From the NCBI GenBank assembly GCA_002269645.1, contig NIVC01000305.1, positions 485,845-549,844 of the forward strand: a DNA stretch of 64,000 bases, read 5' to 3'. Within the stretch, counting starts at the first letter, position 1; every line of letters starts with the position of its first letter. The position numbers and the translations under genes are program-made. The stretch is from Macrostomum lignano (taxonomy: Eukaryota). The notes under the pieces were generated by a model. That model was not told the DNA's origin and ran no database searches. It saw nothing but the letters and a program-made list of their open reading frames with translations. Shown piece by piece: positions 49,881-60,932 of the stretch.

Positions 49881-51271
49881 TCTCCCTCTCTTGTCTCCTC
49901 CTCCCTCTCACGTTTAATGTGAGTTGTTATTGCTTGTTTCTAAATTTATTGTCTCAATTCTGTCTGTCCGTGTCATTATGTTTTATCTCTCCACCTAACC
50001 TAATCAGCAGTTAGGACCTGGCCTTATCTTATTTTTCCTACGCGTCAGGTTTTTTCCAGTCAAAGCAAAATAGAAGTACTTTTTGAATTGATTGGGTAGC
50101 TACAGACGGCCAAAGCTAATAAAGTTTTTTTGTATCTGGCCAAGGACTATCTACCTAGCCTACTAAATAGTCTTTATAATCAAACAGGGTATTATCTAAT
50201 CTAGTAAGGAAATTTTCCATCAGCGTTAGCTTTATGTTGTCAACTCAGTGCGGTGACAATTAGTCTTTCACTAGCAAGAAGGGCAGTCAGTCAGTCACTT
50301 CACTTAAGGAGCGATTTTAATCTCCAGTCTAGTTGTTATCTGTTTATTACGAGCTACACACGCGTGTCACTTGAGGGGTGGGGGTGCCATTGCAATTTTA
50401 ATTTGAGGCTGTTATCACCTCGGTGCCACTCGCAGCTGTGTTTCAAATCAAAACAGGTCCTCGCGGTTAAGGTTAACTTAGTAAAAGAGAGAAAAAAGTA
50501 CAAAACTAGTTTTCTATATCTAGTGGACTTTTACAAGTTTGAAAGTTTTTATGTACAGTATCGGTAAATCATATAACTCTGTCCCACTGACTGGGTTTAT
50601 AACTTAATATTTTGGTCTCCGCATGCATTTGATGCGTGAGCGAGACGTGAACATGAATGGTATAAGCTAGCTAGCTAAGCTAAGTAGATAAGAGAAAATA
50701 AGATCTGGTCGTACTCGTTTTATGTAATCGATTTAAAATCACGCAGTTAGCACGCCAGTCCCGAGGGTTGAAGCCAAGCCACGCAGAATAGGAATGATTG
50801 ATGTGTACATAAACAAGTGAAAAACCCATTGCCGCCAAAACACGCAACCGAGCCTAAACGCAAGAATGACGAAATTCCCAGAATTTTACACTAGGATAGC
50901 ATGTGCCACGCAGCCATAGCGTGACCTTCACGCGTGCGCGACTGGACGGGGTTTCTATTTCTAGGTCATTTCAAAACCCCTGTCTACTTGTAGGGGGATT
51001 CCCGTTTTTAGTCTGTTTCTAAATATAGCACACGATGCCACGCACAGCCCACGCCGCCGGCCACCCCTCTGCTGCGTGCTTGTTTCCTTAAGCCAAGTCA
51101 GTCAGTCTGTAGGTATTGGCCTTGGTTAGCGTCTGCCTACTCCCCTTGGATTGGGCACAGTAAAAGGAGTATATAAATCACACTTGAGACCCTTGCGTTC
51201 CTTCCAAATAGATCAAGCGAAGTCAGGTCTGTCGTCAGTTTGTCAGTAAAATATAGAAACACATCATTTCG

Positions 51272-54200
51272 ATGCATCTCACTAGCGGTATTATAGCCGT
51301 GGCGCCTTTGGTTCACGCTAATGATGAAGGATCGACTGCTGTTGCTCCGTCGCCTTCGCATTATCGCCTTCTGAGCTCTACTAAACTTGCTCAGCCAAAG
51401 AAGAATGTCCTTGATAAAACACCGGAAAAATCTTCTAAGCCTTCGAATTCTACATCAAGTAGCGCCGCTGCGTCAACCGTTATTGAACGTTCTCGACCGA
51501 AGCGTCGTCATAGGCGTTCAAATTCGTTCGATTCGGTGTCTACTTTGAGTCGTCGGTCCTATCTAAACATCGATTTGAGGAGTCGTGCAAAATCGATTGT
51601 GAAATCGTCTGCCCTAGCCAATGCTGTTGGTATAGTTGGTAGGCAGTTGCTAGCGTGGCTGAAATGCGACTGGGAGCAGCAAAGCGTACCGGAAGATCAA
51701 GATGGGTTAGTTGGCCTAATTAAAATGTAGTCTGTTGTTGCTAATGAAGCAAGTCCTACCCAGCAATCAGCATTGCTGTATTACATCTTTTAAAACCTAG
51801 GACAAATCACTAGTTACCTGTGTCCGAATTCAGGATGCCAAATTTAAAACCAGGGTGCCAGAGGTATCTACTGTCTCATCTTAGGTGGTAGCTACTGTCT
51901 CTCAGATGGTAGCTACTGTCTCTTAGATGGTAGCTACATAATCTACTGTCTCTCAGATGGTAGCTACTGTCTCTTAGGTGGCATCTACTGTCTCTCAGAT
52001 GGTATCTACATAATCTACTGTCTCTCAGATGGTAGCTACTGTCTCTTAGGTGGCATCTACACTCTACAGTCTCTCAGATGGTATCTACAGTCTCAGGTGG
52101 TATCTACTGTCTCTCAGGTGGTATCTACTGTTTCTCAGGTGGTATCTACTGTCTCTCAGGTGGTATCTACTGTCTCTCAGGTGGTATCTACAGTCTCTCA
52201 GGTGGTATCTACTGTCTCTCAGGTGGTATCTACTGTCTCTCAGGTGGTATCTACAGTCTCTCAGGTGGTATCTACTGTCTCTTAGGTGGCATCTACACTC
52301 TACAGTCTCTCAGGTGGTATCTACAGTCTCAGGTGGTATCTACTGTCTCAGGTGGTATCTACTGTCTCTCAGGTGGAATCTACTGTCTCTTAGGTGGCAT
52401 CTACACTCTACAGTCTCTCAGGTGGTATCTAAAGTCTCAGGTGGTATCTACTGTCTCTCAGGTGGTATCTACTGTTTCTCAGGTGGTATCTACTGTCTCT
52501 TCAGGTGGTATCTACAGTCTCTCAGGTGGTATCTACAGTCTCTCAGGTGGTATCTACTGTCTCTTAGGTGGCATCTACACTCTACAGTCTCTCAGATGGT
52601 ATCTACAGTCTCAGGTGGTATCTACTGTCTCTCAGGTGGTATCTACTGTTTCTCAGGTGGTATCTACTGTCTCTCAGGTGGTATCTACTGTCTCTCAGGT
52701 GGTATCTACAGTCTCTCAGGTGGTATCTACTGTCTCTCAGGTGGTATCTACTGTCTCTCAGGTGGTATCTACAGTCTCTCAGGTGGTATCTACTGTCTCT
52801 TAGGTGGCATCTACACTCTACAGTCTCTCAGGTGGTATCTACAGTCTCAGGTGGTATCTACTGTCTCAGGTGGTATCTACTGTCTCTCAGGTGGAATCTA
52901 CTGTCTCTTAGGTGGCATCTACACTCTACAGTCTCTCAGGTGGTATCTACAGTCTCAGGTGGTATCTACTGTCTCAGTTGGTATCTACTGTCTCTCAGGT
53001 GGTATCTACTGTCTCTCAGGTGGTATCTACTGTCTCAGGTGGTATCTACTCTCTCAGGTGGTATCTTTTGTCTCAAGTATCAAATCTAGGACCTAGGTTA
53101 CAGGCTAATTAAGATAATGCTCTAATTTCCTTTACTTATCTTAAAATTATAATTCGATTTTATAATCTGTACAAAAATCCAAAGACCTGGGCTTGCTTTT
53201 AATTTACATGCTTAAACAACCTTAAATGAAATCTTAAATTAAATCCCATTAATTGAATATCAACATACTCAATAGTTCACCTGACGCATCTCTTCCCTGC
53301 TGGAAATGCTTCCAGGCGTCGGCAGATCCACAGTCCAGCAGACAGTCTGCTAAGTCGGCCAGGCCAATTAGGCCAAAGCAGAGGCGCTTTCAGAGGCCTA
53401 CTAAGCCCATTGCTAATCCTTCTATCGATGTGCATCGCTCGCTGTCTGTTAGAGTCCCATCTAAGATACGGCCCTCTGGCTGGAAATCCTCTTAGCTGCC
53501 TGGCTGTTGGAGGCGGTCCAGCCTGCATTGCCGGCCTGGTCTGCGTTGCTTTTGCCGCTCTGAATGCGTCTGCTTTTGCCGCTTCTTCTGGCTATCGGAG
53601 GCTCGGAGTGGCCAGCAGTGCCTGTCTGCTTCTGGTGGCTCCCGCTTGCATTGTGCTGTGGTCTAGGCCTTCGCCCAGTGAGTATTTCCTATTATCTTTA
53701 AACTTGGGTTGAGTAGTGTGTTATGAGCAGCCTTGAATACCTTGATTTAAAGCTTTTTTGAAATACTTCTCTGTACCCTTAAAACCCTGGTGTGTTAATG
53801 TACCCCATATAAAACCCAGGTGTGTTAATGCACTCCATAAACTCAGGTGTAATATAACCCTCCGTCTCGCTATTCCCGCTTCAACAGTTGTCGGCTTCGC
53901 AGGAATATCAATCAGTGTGGCTCTGTTCCTCAAGCTGACCAATTTGCACCTGCAGCGTCAGCGCATTGCTAGGCAACTCGTTGAACTTCGGGTTGTCAGT
54001 GTCAACAGAATGCTACTAATTAGCTTTGCTCAACTAGCAGGACTATTAGTTGCTATAGTGGCTCTGACTCAACAGTGGTTAATGCCTTCTCTAGCTGCCG
54101 CCTCATCTGATCCAGCTGCTAATAGCTACGAGTACAATGCGCCCTGCTGGCTGGTGATGGTTGAGAGGCAACTGCGCCTGTCGCCTCCTGTTATTGCCGT

Positions 54201-54862
54201 CTGCTTGGCTGCAGGAGCGGCAATGGATCGGATTCTGAAACTGATGGATTGCTGCTTTCAGTCTGGCAGTGACTTTGTAAGTGCTATTTCTTTATTTTTA
54301 GCTTTTCATTGTTCGTTTCTAAGTTTAGTGTAAGCTTTTAAGATTTTTAGGAATCACCCTTTGAAGTTATTTAGGAATCGCCCTTTGAAGTTATTTAGGA
54401 ATCGTCTTTAAAAGTTGCTTGGGAAATGCCTTTCCATGCCAATCATTGTAACGCAAGAATTCCACAAAAAGAAACATAAGAAATCATTTTTCACCAAAAA
54501 AATATTTTCAGCAGCAGAAACCCTCAGCTGAGGACACTACTATCAGTAGCAAACTAACTCAAACCAAGCGACTCTGGTGGAATGCTTCAAGCCTGACCAA
54601 CCTGCTGAAGTCTGTGTGGCCATCCGCAGCGGAATTCAATCTGCCTAGTCTAGCCTGGGCTCTCCTGGCCCAGCTGGTTGTGTCCGCAGTGCTTCGATCG
54701 CCCCAGCCGTGGCCTCTGCTCACTGTGGCCATCGTGCTGCCCATTCTGGATGCCGCCTGCGTCAGATTCGGCAACAATGCCTTCGTTTGGCTCTGCCTTG
54801 TGCTTGGCCTGCCAGTGCTAGCTAGACTGGGCTATGCTGACTACTGTCAGTACTATCTTTGA
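51272..54862 (+). CDS. Divergent DGAT1-like MBOAT protein, catalytic His replaced by Ala; exons 51272-51705, 53316-53677, 53888-54276, 54512-54862 (511 aa, frame intact)
   Basis: IHSPADSLLS...FRGLL...ARCLLESHLRYG, LFLKL, QQWLMP, ER-LRLSPP, WWNASSLT and GNNAFVWLCLVLGLP parallel DGAT1 motifs in order. All splice phases match (2, 1, 0). Confidence 0.8.
51860..53075. repeat. Intronic minisatellite, 21-bp unit (CTCAGGTGGTATCTACTGTCT) with higher-order blocks
   Basis: DGAT1-like intron 1. Confidence 0.96.
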
Positions 54863-55189
54863 CATTAAACTGACGTTTTCTGTGTAGATATTTGCAACGA
54901 TTGACATTATATTAGCAATATAATTTTCTGTTGTTAACTCTTTAATTTTTGTTGATTAAAATTCTATAAATAAACAATTCTGTTGGGGGCAATAAACATT
55001 TATTTTGTTTTCCTATCCATATAGACTTTCTGTATACTTTTTTGTACTATTATTATGTCTTGGATTCTAAAATGAAAGTCCATGTTAGATTTCAGGAGAG
55101 AATAGATTTGAGGGAGATTGAGTGAGTCTAGAGATGACTGTGATTAGGGAAGGTAATAGAAATGAATTGAGACTGAGTTGGAGATTAGA

Positions 55190-56620
55190 AATGGCTGGGA
55201 TTCTGAGAGAATTGAGATTAATTAAGATTAAAAGCTAGAGATGGCTGTGATTGGGGGAGAGAACAGAGTTAAATAAGATTAAAGGGGATTAGAGATGGCT
55301 GTGATTGGGGGAGAGAACAGAGTTAAATAAGATTAAAGGGGATTAGAGATGGCTGGGATTGGGGTAGAACAGAGATAAATGAGATTAAAGGGGATTAGAG
55401 ATGGCTGGGATTGGGGTAGAACAGAGATAAATGAGATTAAAGGGGATTAGAGATGGCTGGGATTGGGGTAGAACAGAGATAAATGAGATTAAAGGGGATT
55501 AGAGATGGCTGGGATTGGGGTAGAACAGAGATAAATGAGATTAAAGGGGATTAGAGATGGCTGGGATTGGGGTAGAACAGAGATAAATGAGATTAAGGGG
55601 GATTAGAGATGGCTGTGATTGGGGTAGAGAACAGAGATAAATGAGATTAAAGGGGATTAGAGGTGGCTGTGATTGGGGGAGAGAACAGAGATAAATGAGA
55701 TTAGAGATGGCTGTGATTGGGGGAGAGAACAGAGATAAATGAGATTAAAGGGGATTAGAGATGGCTGTGGTTGGGGTAGAGAACAGAGATAAATGAGATT
55801 AAAGGGGATTAGAGATGGCTGGGATTGGGGTAGAGAACATAGCTAAATGAGATTAAAGGGGATTAGAGATGGCTGTGATTGGGGTAGAGAACAGAGATAA
55901 ATGAGATTAAAGGGGATTAGAGATGGCTGGGATTGGGGTAGAGAACAGAGATAAATGAGATTAAAGGGGATTAGAGATGGCTGTGATTGGGGTAGAGAAC
56001 AGAGATAAATGAGATTAAAGGGGATTAGAGATGGCTGTGGTTGGGGTAGAGAACAGAGATAAATGAGATTAAAGGGGATTAGAGATGGCTGTGGTTGGGG
56101 TAGAGAACAGAGATAAATGAGATTGAGGGGGATTAGAGATGGCTGTGATTGGGGTAGAGAACAGAGATAAATGAGATTAAAGGGGATTAGAGATGGCTGT
56201 GGTTGGGGTAGAGAACAGAGATAAATGAGATTAAAGGGGATTAGAGGTGGCTGTGATTGGGGGAGAGAACAGAGATAAATGAGATTAGAGATGGCTGTGA
56301 TTGGGGGAGAGAACAGAGATAAATGGGATTGAGGGGGATTAGAGATGGCTGTGATTGGGGCAGAGAACAGAGATAAATGGGATTGAGGGGGATTAGAGAT
56401 GGCTGTGATTGGGGGAGAGAACAGAGATATATGAGATTGAGGGGGATTAGAGATGGCTGTGGTTGGGGAGAGAACAGAGATAAATGGGATTGAGGGGGAT
56501 TAGAGATGGCTGTGATTGGGGCAGAGAACAGAGATAAATGGGATTGAGGGGATTAGAGATGGCTGTGATTGGGGGAGAGAACAGATAAATGAGATTAAGG
56601 GGGTTTAGAGATGGCAGGGA
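55190..56620. repeat. Purine-rich minisatellite, ~54-bp unit (GAGATTAAAGGGGATTAGAGATGGCTGTGATTGGGGTAGAGAACAGAGATAAAT)
   Basis: About 26 copies between the DGAT1-like gene and SIRT6. Confidence 0.96.
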
Positions 56621-56699
56621 TTTTTTAGAGAGAATAGAGATGATTAGGGTCCATAACGTTATAGAAAAACAGTCGGTACGGCAACACACCAACAGCTCA

Positions 56700-56720
56700 T
56701 CTCCTTCCTCCCACCTCCAG
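56700..56720 (+). promoter_or_regulatory. 3' splice acceptor, probable spliced-leader trans-splice site supplying the SIRT6 start codon
   Basis: Pyrimidine tract CTCCTTCCTCCCACCTCCAG directly followed by TCG GCT AAC TAC (S-A-N-Y), i.e. SIRT6 residue 2 onward. Confidence 0.7.
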
Positions 56721-58091
56721 TCGGCTAACTACTCGGCCGGGCTGTCCGAATACTCGGACAAAGGCACTCTGGGCCTGCCCGAAACTCACGAGTCCCAAGC
56801 CGATTGGGAGTTGAAAGCTCGTCAGCTGGTGGACCTGATTCGACAGCCCGGAGCTCGAGTCGTTGTCCACACGGGAGCCGGCGTCAGCACCTCGGCCGGA
56901 ATCCCGGATTTCCGCGGCCCCAACGGCGTCTGGACTCTAGAACGCGAAGGTCGAACAGTTGAAGCCGGGGCCAAGTTTGAAGAGGCTCAGCCAACACTTA
57001 CTCACGCCGCTCTGGTTGCCTTGGAAACGGCCGGATTCGTTCACTACCTGGTGACGCAGAATGTTGACGGTTTGCACCTTCGGTCTGGATTTCCTCGCAA
57101 TCGGTTGTCGATTTTGCATGGCGATATGTTTGTTGAGCGGTGCGCCCGGTGCGGCTTGCACCGGGCGAGAGACCAACCGGTGGAGACGGTCGGTCAGAAA
57201 GCCACCGGGAGGCGGTGCGGAGCTCCGGCTAGGCGAGGCAGAAAGAAATCCGTCAAAGCCGGTGGCGATGCTGGTGACAGTGTTGACGGCATCTGCGGCG
57301 GCCAGATGCTGGACACGGTGCTAGACTGGGAGCATCAGCTGCCTCAGGTAGATCTTCGTCGAGCTCGCGAGCATTCCAGTCGGGCTACCGTTAATCTGAC
57401 TCTGGGCACCAGTTTGCAGATTGTTCCGGCCGCCGATCTGCCCACAATGGGCGGCAAATTAGTCATTATTAATCTGCAGCCTACAAAGAAAGATGCTCAG
57501 AGTTATCTGCGTATAAATGCTCGTTGCGATCTTGTCATGGCGTTGGTCTGTAGAGAACTGCTCGGCATTGATGCCGAAGAGATGCTGAGGCCGTTGCTTC
57601 GCCTGCAACCGTTGAGACTGTTTTCTAAGCATACGCGAAAGAGTGAACGGTTTCCATGGCGATTCGCCGAGTCTGATCAGAATCAAAAAATCGATAGAGA
57701 AGCTCAAAAAGAAGCTAAATGCGAGATTCCAAGTACAGAACGCACTTTGGAAAGTTCAAAATGCACTTCGGAAAGTGCACATTGTACTTCGAAAAGTACA
57801 GAACGCACTTTGGAACGCATTTCTGAAAGTACAGAACGCACTTTGGAAAGTTCAAAATGCACTTCGGAAAGTGCACATTGTACTTCGGAAAGTACAGAGC
57901 GCACTTTGGAACGCATTTCTGAAAGTACAGAGCGCACTTTGGAAAGTGCTCAACGCACCTCGTCGGAGAGTTCAAATCAAAGTATCAAAATCAAAGATGA
58001 AGTTGTCACCGATATGAAAAAGAAACTTGAACATTCGAGCGCAGATGAGTCTAACTCTGCCACCGCGACTAAACGTTCAAAGCTTGCTTAG
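56721..58091 (+). CDS. SIRT6: NAD-dependent deacylase sirtuin-6, single exon, with repetitive C-terminal tail
   Basis: SANYSAGLSEYSDKGTLGLPE, HTGAGVSTSAGIPDFRGPNGVWT, TQNVDGLH, LHGDMF, LDTVLDWE, LGTSLQI, INLQPTKKD. Confidence 0.95.
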   Translation, partial: SANYSAGLSEYSDKGTLGLPETHESQADWELKARQLVDLIRQPGARVVVHTGAGVSTSAGIPDFRGPNGVWTLEREGRTVEAGAKFEEAQPTLTHAALVALETAGFVHYLVTQNVDGLHLRSGFPRNRLSILHGDMFVERCARCGLHRARDQPVETVGQKATGRRCGAPARRGRKKSVKAGGDAGDSVDGICGGQMLDTVLDWEHQLPQVDLRRAREHSSRATVNLTLGTSLQIVPAADLPTMGGKLVIINLQPTKKDAQSYLRINARCDLVMALVCRELLGIDAEEMLRPLLRLQPLRLFSKHTRKSERFPWRFAESDQNQKIDREAQKEAKCEIPSTERTLESSKCTSESAHCTSKSTERTLERISESTERTLESSKCTSESAHCTSESTERTLERISESTERTLESAQRTSSESSNQSIKIKDEVVTDMKKKLEHSSADESNSATATKRSKLA

Positions 58092-58619
58092 CTTACATTT
58101 CTCTTGTACCGTTTGAACGTTCAAACATAGACATTTTCGCATTTATAAATATCGCTTGGTTTTGGTTTATTTATGTCTTGTACAAATACGTTCGTACCAG
58201 TATTTAACTTACAAACCAAGTAGTCTGTTAATCACTTACCAAATGCGTGTGTTTTTAGCTTTTCGTGCATGTCAATAGTGTTATACAAATCTATGCAATT
58301 ATCAGTTTTCTCTATAAAAAATTGTTGTGTTATACGTATAAAATCTCCGATAGTTTTAAGCTGTTTCGGTTATTATTTTTCCTAGTTTTATTATATTTTA
58401 AAGTATAAAATAAAATGCCTACTATCCTACTTTAAGTAGCTTAAGTAGGAATAATTTGATACATTGCTACATTATTTTCATTTTATGCCATGATATGATT
58501 TATTGCAGCTCAGTGAAACAGACTCACAACGTCGAAATCAATACAGATAGGACTCTAGGCCCCACTACCCTACATATACAACACACAGATACATGTAGGG
58601 TACAAACATAGATACAACA

Positions 58620-60760
58620 TACTAATATAGATACATCACATCATCTAGATACAATACAACACTACGCCATAGATACAGCATCACCATCTAGATACAATAC
58701 AACACTACGCCATAGATACAGCATCACCATCTAGATACAACACAACACTACGCCATAGATATAGCATCACCATCTAGATACAATACCACACTACGCCATA
58801 GATACAGCATCACCATCTAGATACAACACCACGCCATAGATACAGCATCACCATCTAGATACAATATAACATTACGCCATAGATACAGCATCACCATCTA
58901 GATACAATATAACACTACGCCATAGATACAGCATCACCATCTAGATACAATATAACACTACGCCATAGATACAGCATCACCATCTAGATACAACACCACG
59001 CCATAGATACAGCATCACCATCTAGATACAATATAACACCACGCCATAGATACAGCATCACCATCTAGATACAACACCACGCCATAGATACAGCATCACC
59101 ATCTAGATACAATATAACACCACGCCATAGATACAGCATCACCATCTAGATACAACACAACACTACGCCATAGATATAGCATCACCATCTAGATACAATA
59201 CCACACTACGCCATAGATACAGCATCACCATCTAGATACAACACCACGCCATAGATACAGCATCACCATCTAGATACAATATAACACTACGCCATAGATA
59301 CAGCATCACCATCTAGATACAATACAACACTACGCCATAGATACAGCATCACCATCTAGATACAACACAACACTACGCCATAGATACAGCATCACCATCT
59401 AGATACAATACCACACTACGCCATAGATACAGCATCACCATCTAGATACAACACCACGCCATAGATACAGCATCACCATCTAGATACAATATAACACTAC
59501 GCCATAGATACAGCATCACCATCTAGATACAATATAACACTACGCCATAGATACAGCATCACCATCTAGATACAATACAACACTACGCCATAGATACAGC
59601 ATCACCATCTAGATACAATATAACACTACGCCATAGATACAGCATCACCATCTAGATACAACACCACGCCATAAATACAGCATCACCATCTAGATACAAT
59701 ATAACACTACGCCATAGATACAGCATCACCATCTAGATACAATACAACACTACGCCATAGATACAGCATCACCATCTAGATACAATATAACACTACGCCA
59801 TAGATACAGCATCACCATCTAGATACAATACAACACTACGCCATAGATACAGCATCATCATCTAGATACAATATAACACTACGCCATAGATACAGCATCA
59901 CCATCTAGATACAACACCACGCCATAGATACAGCATCACCATCTAGATACAACACCACGCCATAGATACAGCATCACCATCTAGATACAATACAACACCA
60001 CGCCATAGATACAGCATCACCATCTAGATACAACACCACGCCATAGATACAGCATCACCATCTAGATACAACACCACGCCATAGATACAGCATCACCATC
60101 TAGATACAATATAACACTACGCCATAGATACAGCATCACCATCTAGATACAACACCACGCCATAGATACAGCATCACCATCTAGATACAATATAACACTA
60201 CGCCATAGATACAGCATCACCATCTAGATACAATACAACACTACGCCATAGATACAGCATCACCATCTAGATACAATATAACACTACGCCATAGATACAG
60301 CATCACCATCTAGATACAATACAACACTACGCCATAGATACAGCATCATCATCTAGATACAATATAACACTACGCCATAGATACAGCATCACCATCTAGA
60401 TACAACACCACGCCATAGATACAGCATCACCATCTAGATACAACACCACGCCATAGATACAGCATCACCATCTAGATACAATACAACACCACGCCATAGA
60501 TACAGCATCACCATCTAGATACAACACCACGCCATAGATACAGCATCACCATCTAGATACAATATAACACTACGCCATAGATACAGCATCACCATCTAAA
60601 TACAATACCACACCATAGATACAGCATCACCATCTAGATACAACACCACACCATAGATACAGCATCACCATCTAGATACAACACCACACTACGCCATAGA
60701 TACAGCATCACCATCTAGATACAACACCACGCCATAAATACACCACCACCCCATAGATGC
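58620..60760. repeat. Minisatellite, 38/43-bp variant units (GCCATAGATACAGCATCACCATCTAGATACAA[TATA]ACAC[T/C]AC)
   Basis: About 50 copies with a constant core and a few recurring tail variants. Confidence 0.97.
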
Positions 60761-60932
60761 AACACGAACCTAAAACCCTATGCGTCACAGACTCGCAGAT
60801 GTAAGAATATCGTACGTCTTAGGTACTTCTTAGGTACTCGTGCTTCTACTCTCGTCGTACAGAGCACGCCTTATTCACCTGTAACCCATCCAACCCATTA
60901 TCTCATGCCAGTCAAGCAGCTCCAACAGACAA

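Noticed and set aside
48646-50014. Long ORFs of 370-450 aa on both strands
   Set aside because: Translations of a 20-bp satellite that lacks stop codons; no domain content.
53253-53495. Apparent frameshift in DGAT1-like exon 2
   Set aside because: Resolved by using the acceptor cttccag at 53315, which matches the phase-2 donor at 51706.
56589-56720. 44-aa N-terminal extension of SIRT6 in the ORF track
   Set aside because: Starts at the satellite edge, has no homology and ends in a strong splice acceptor; not excluded, but disfavoured.
58620-60760. CRISPR-like array (constant core plus variable part)
   Set aside because: The variable parts are 8-13 nt, come from a few recurring variants rather than unique spacers, and there are no cas genes; eukaryotic context.
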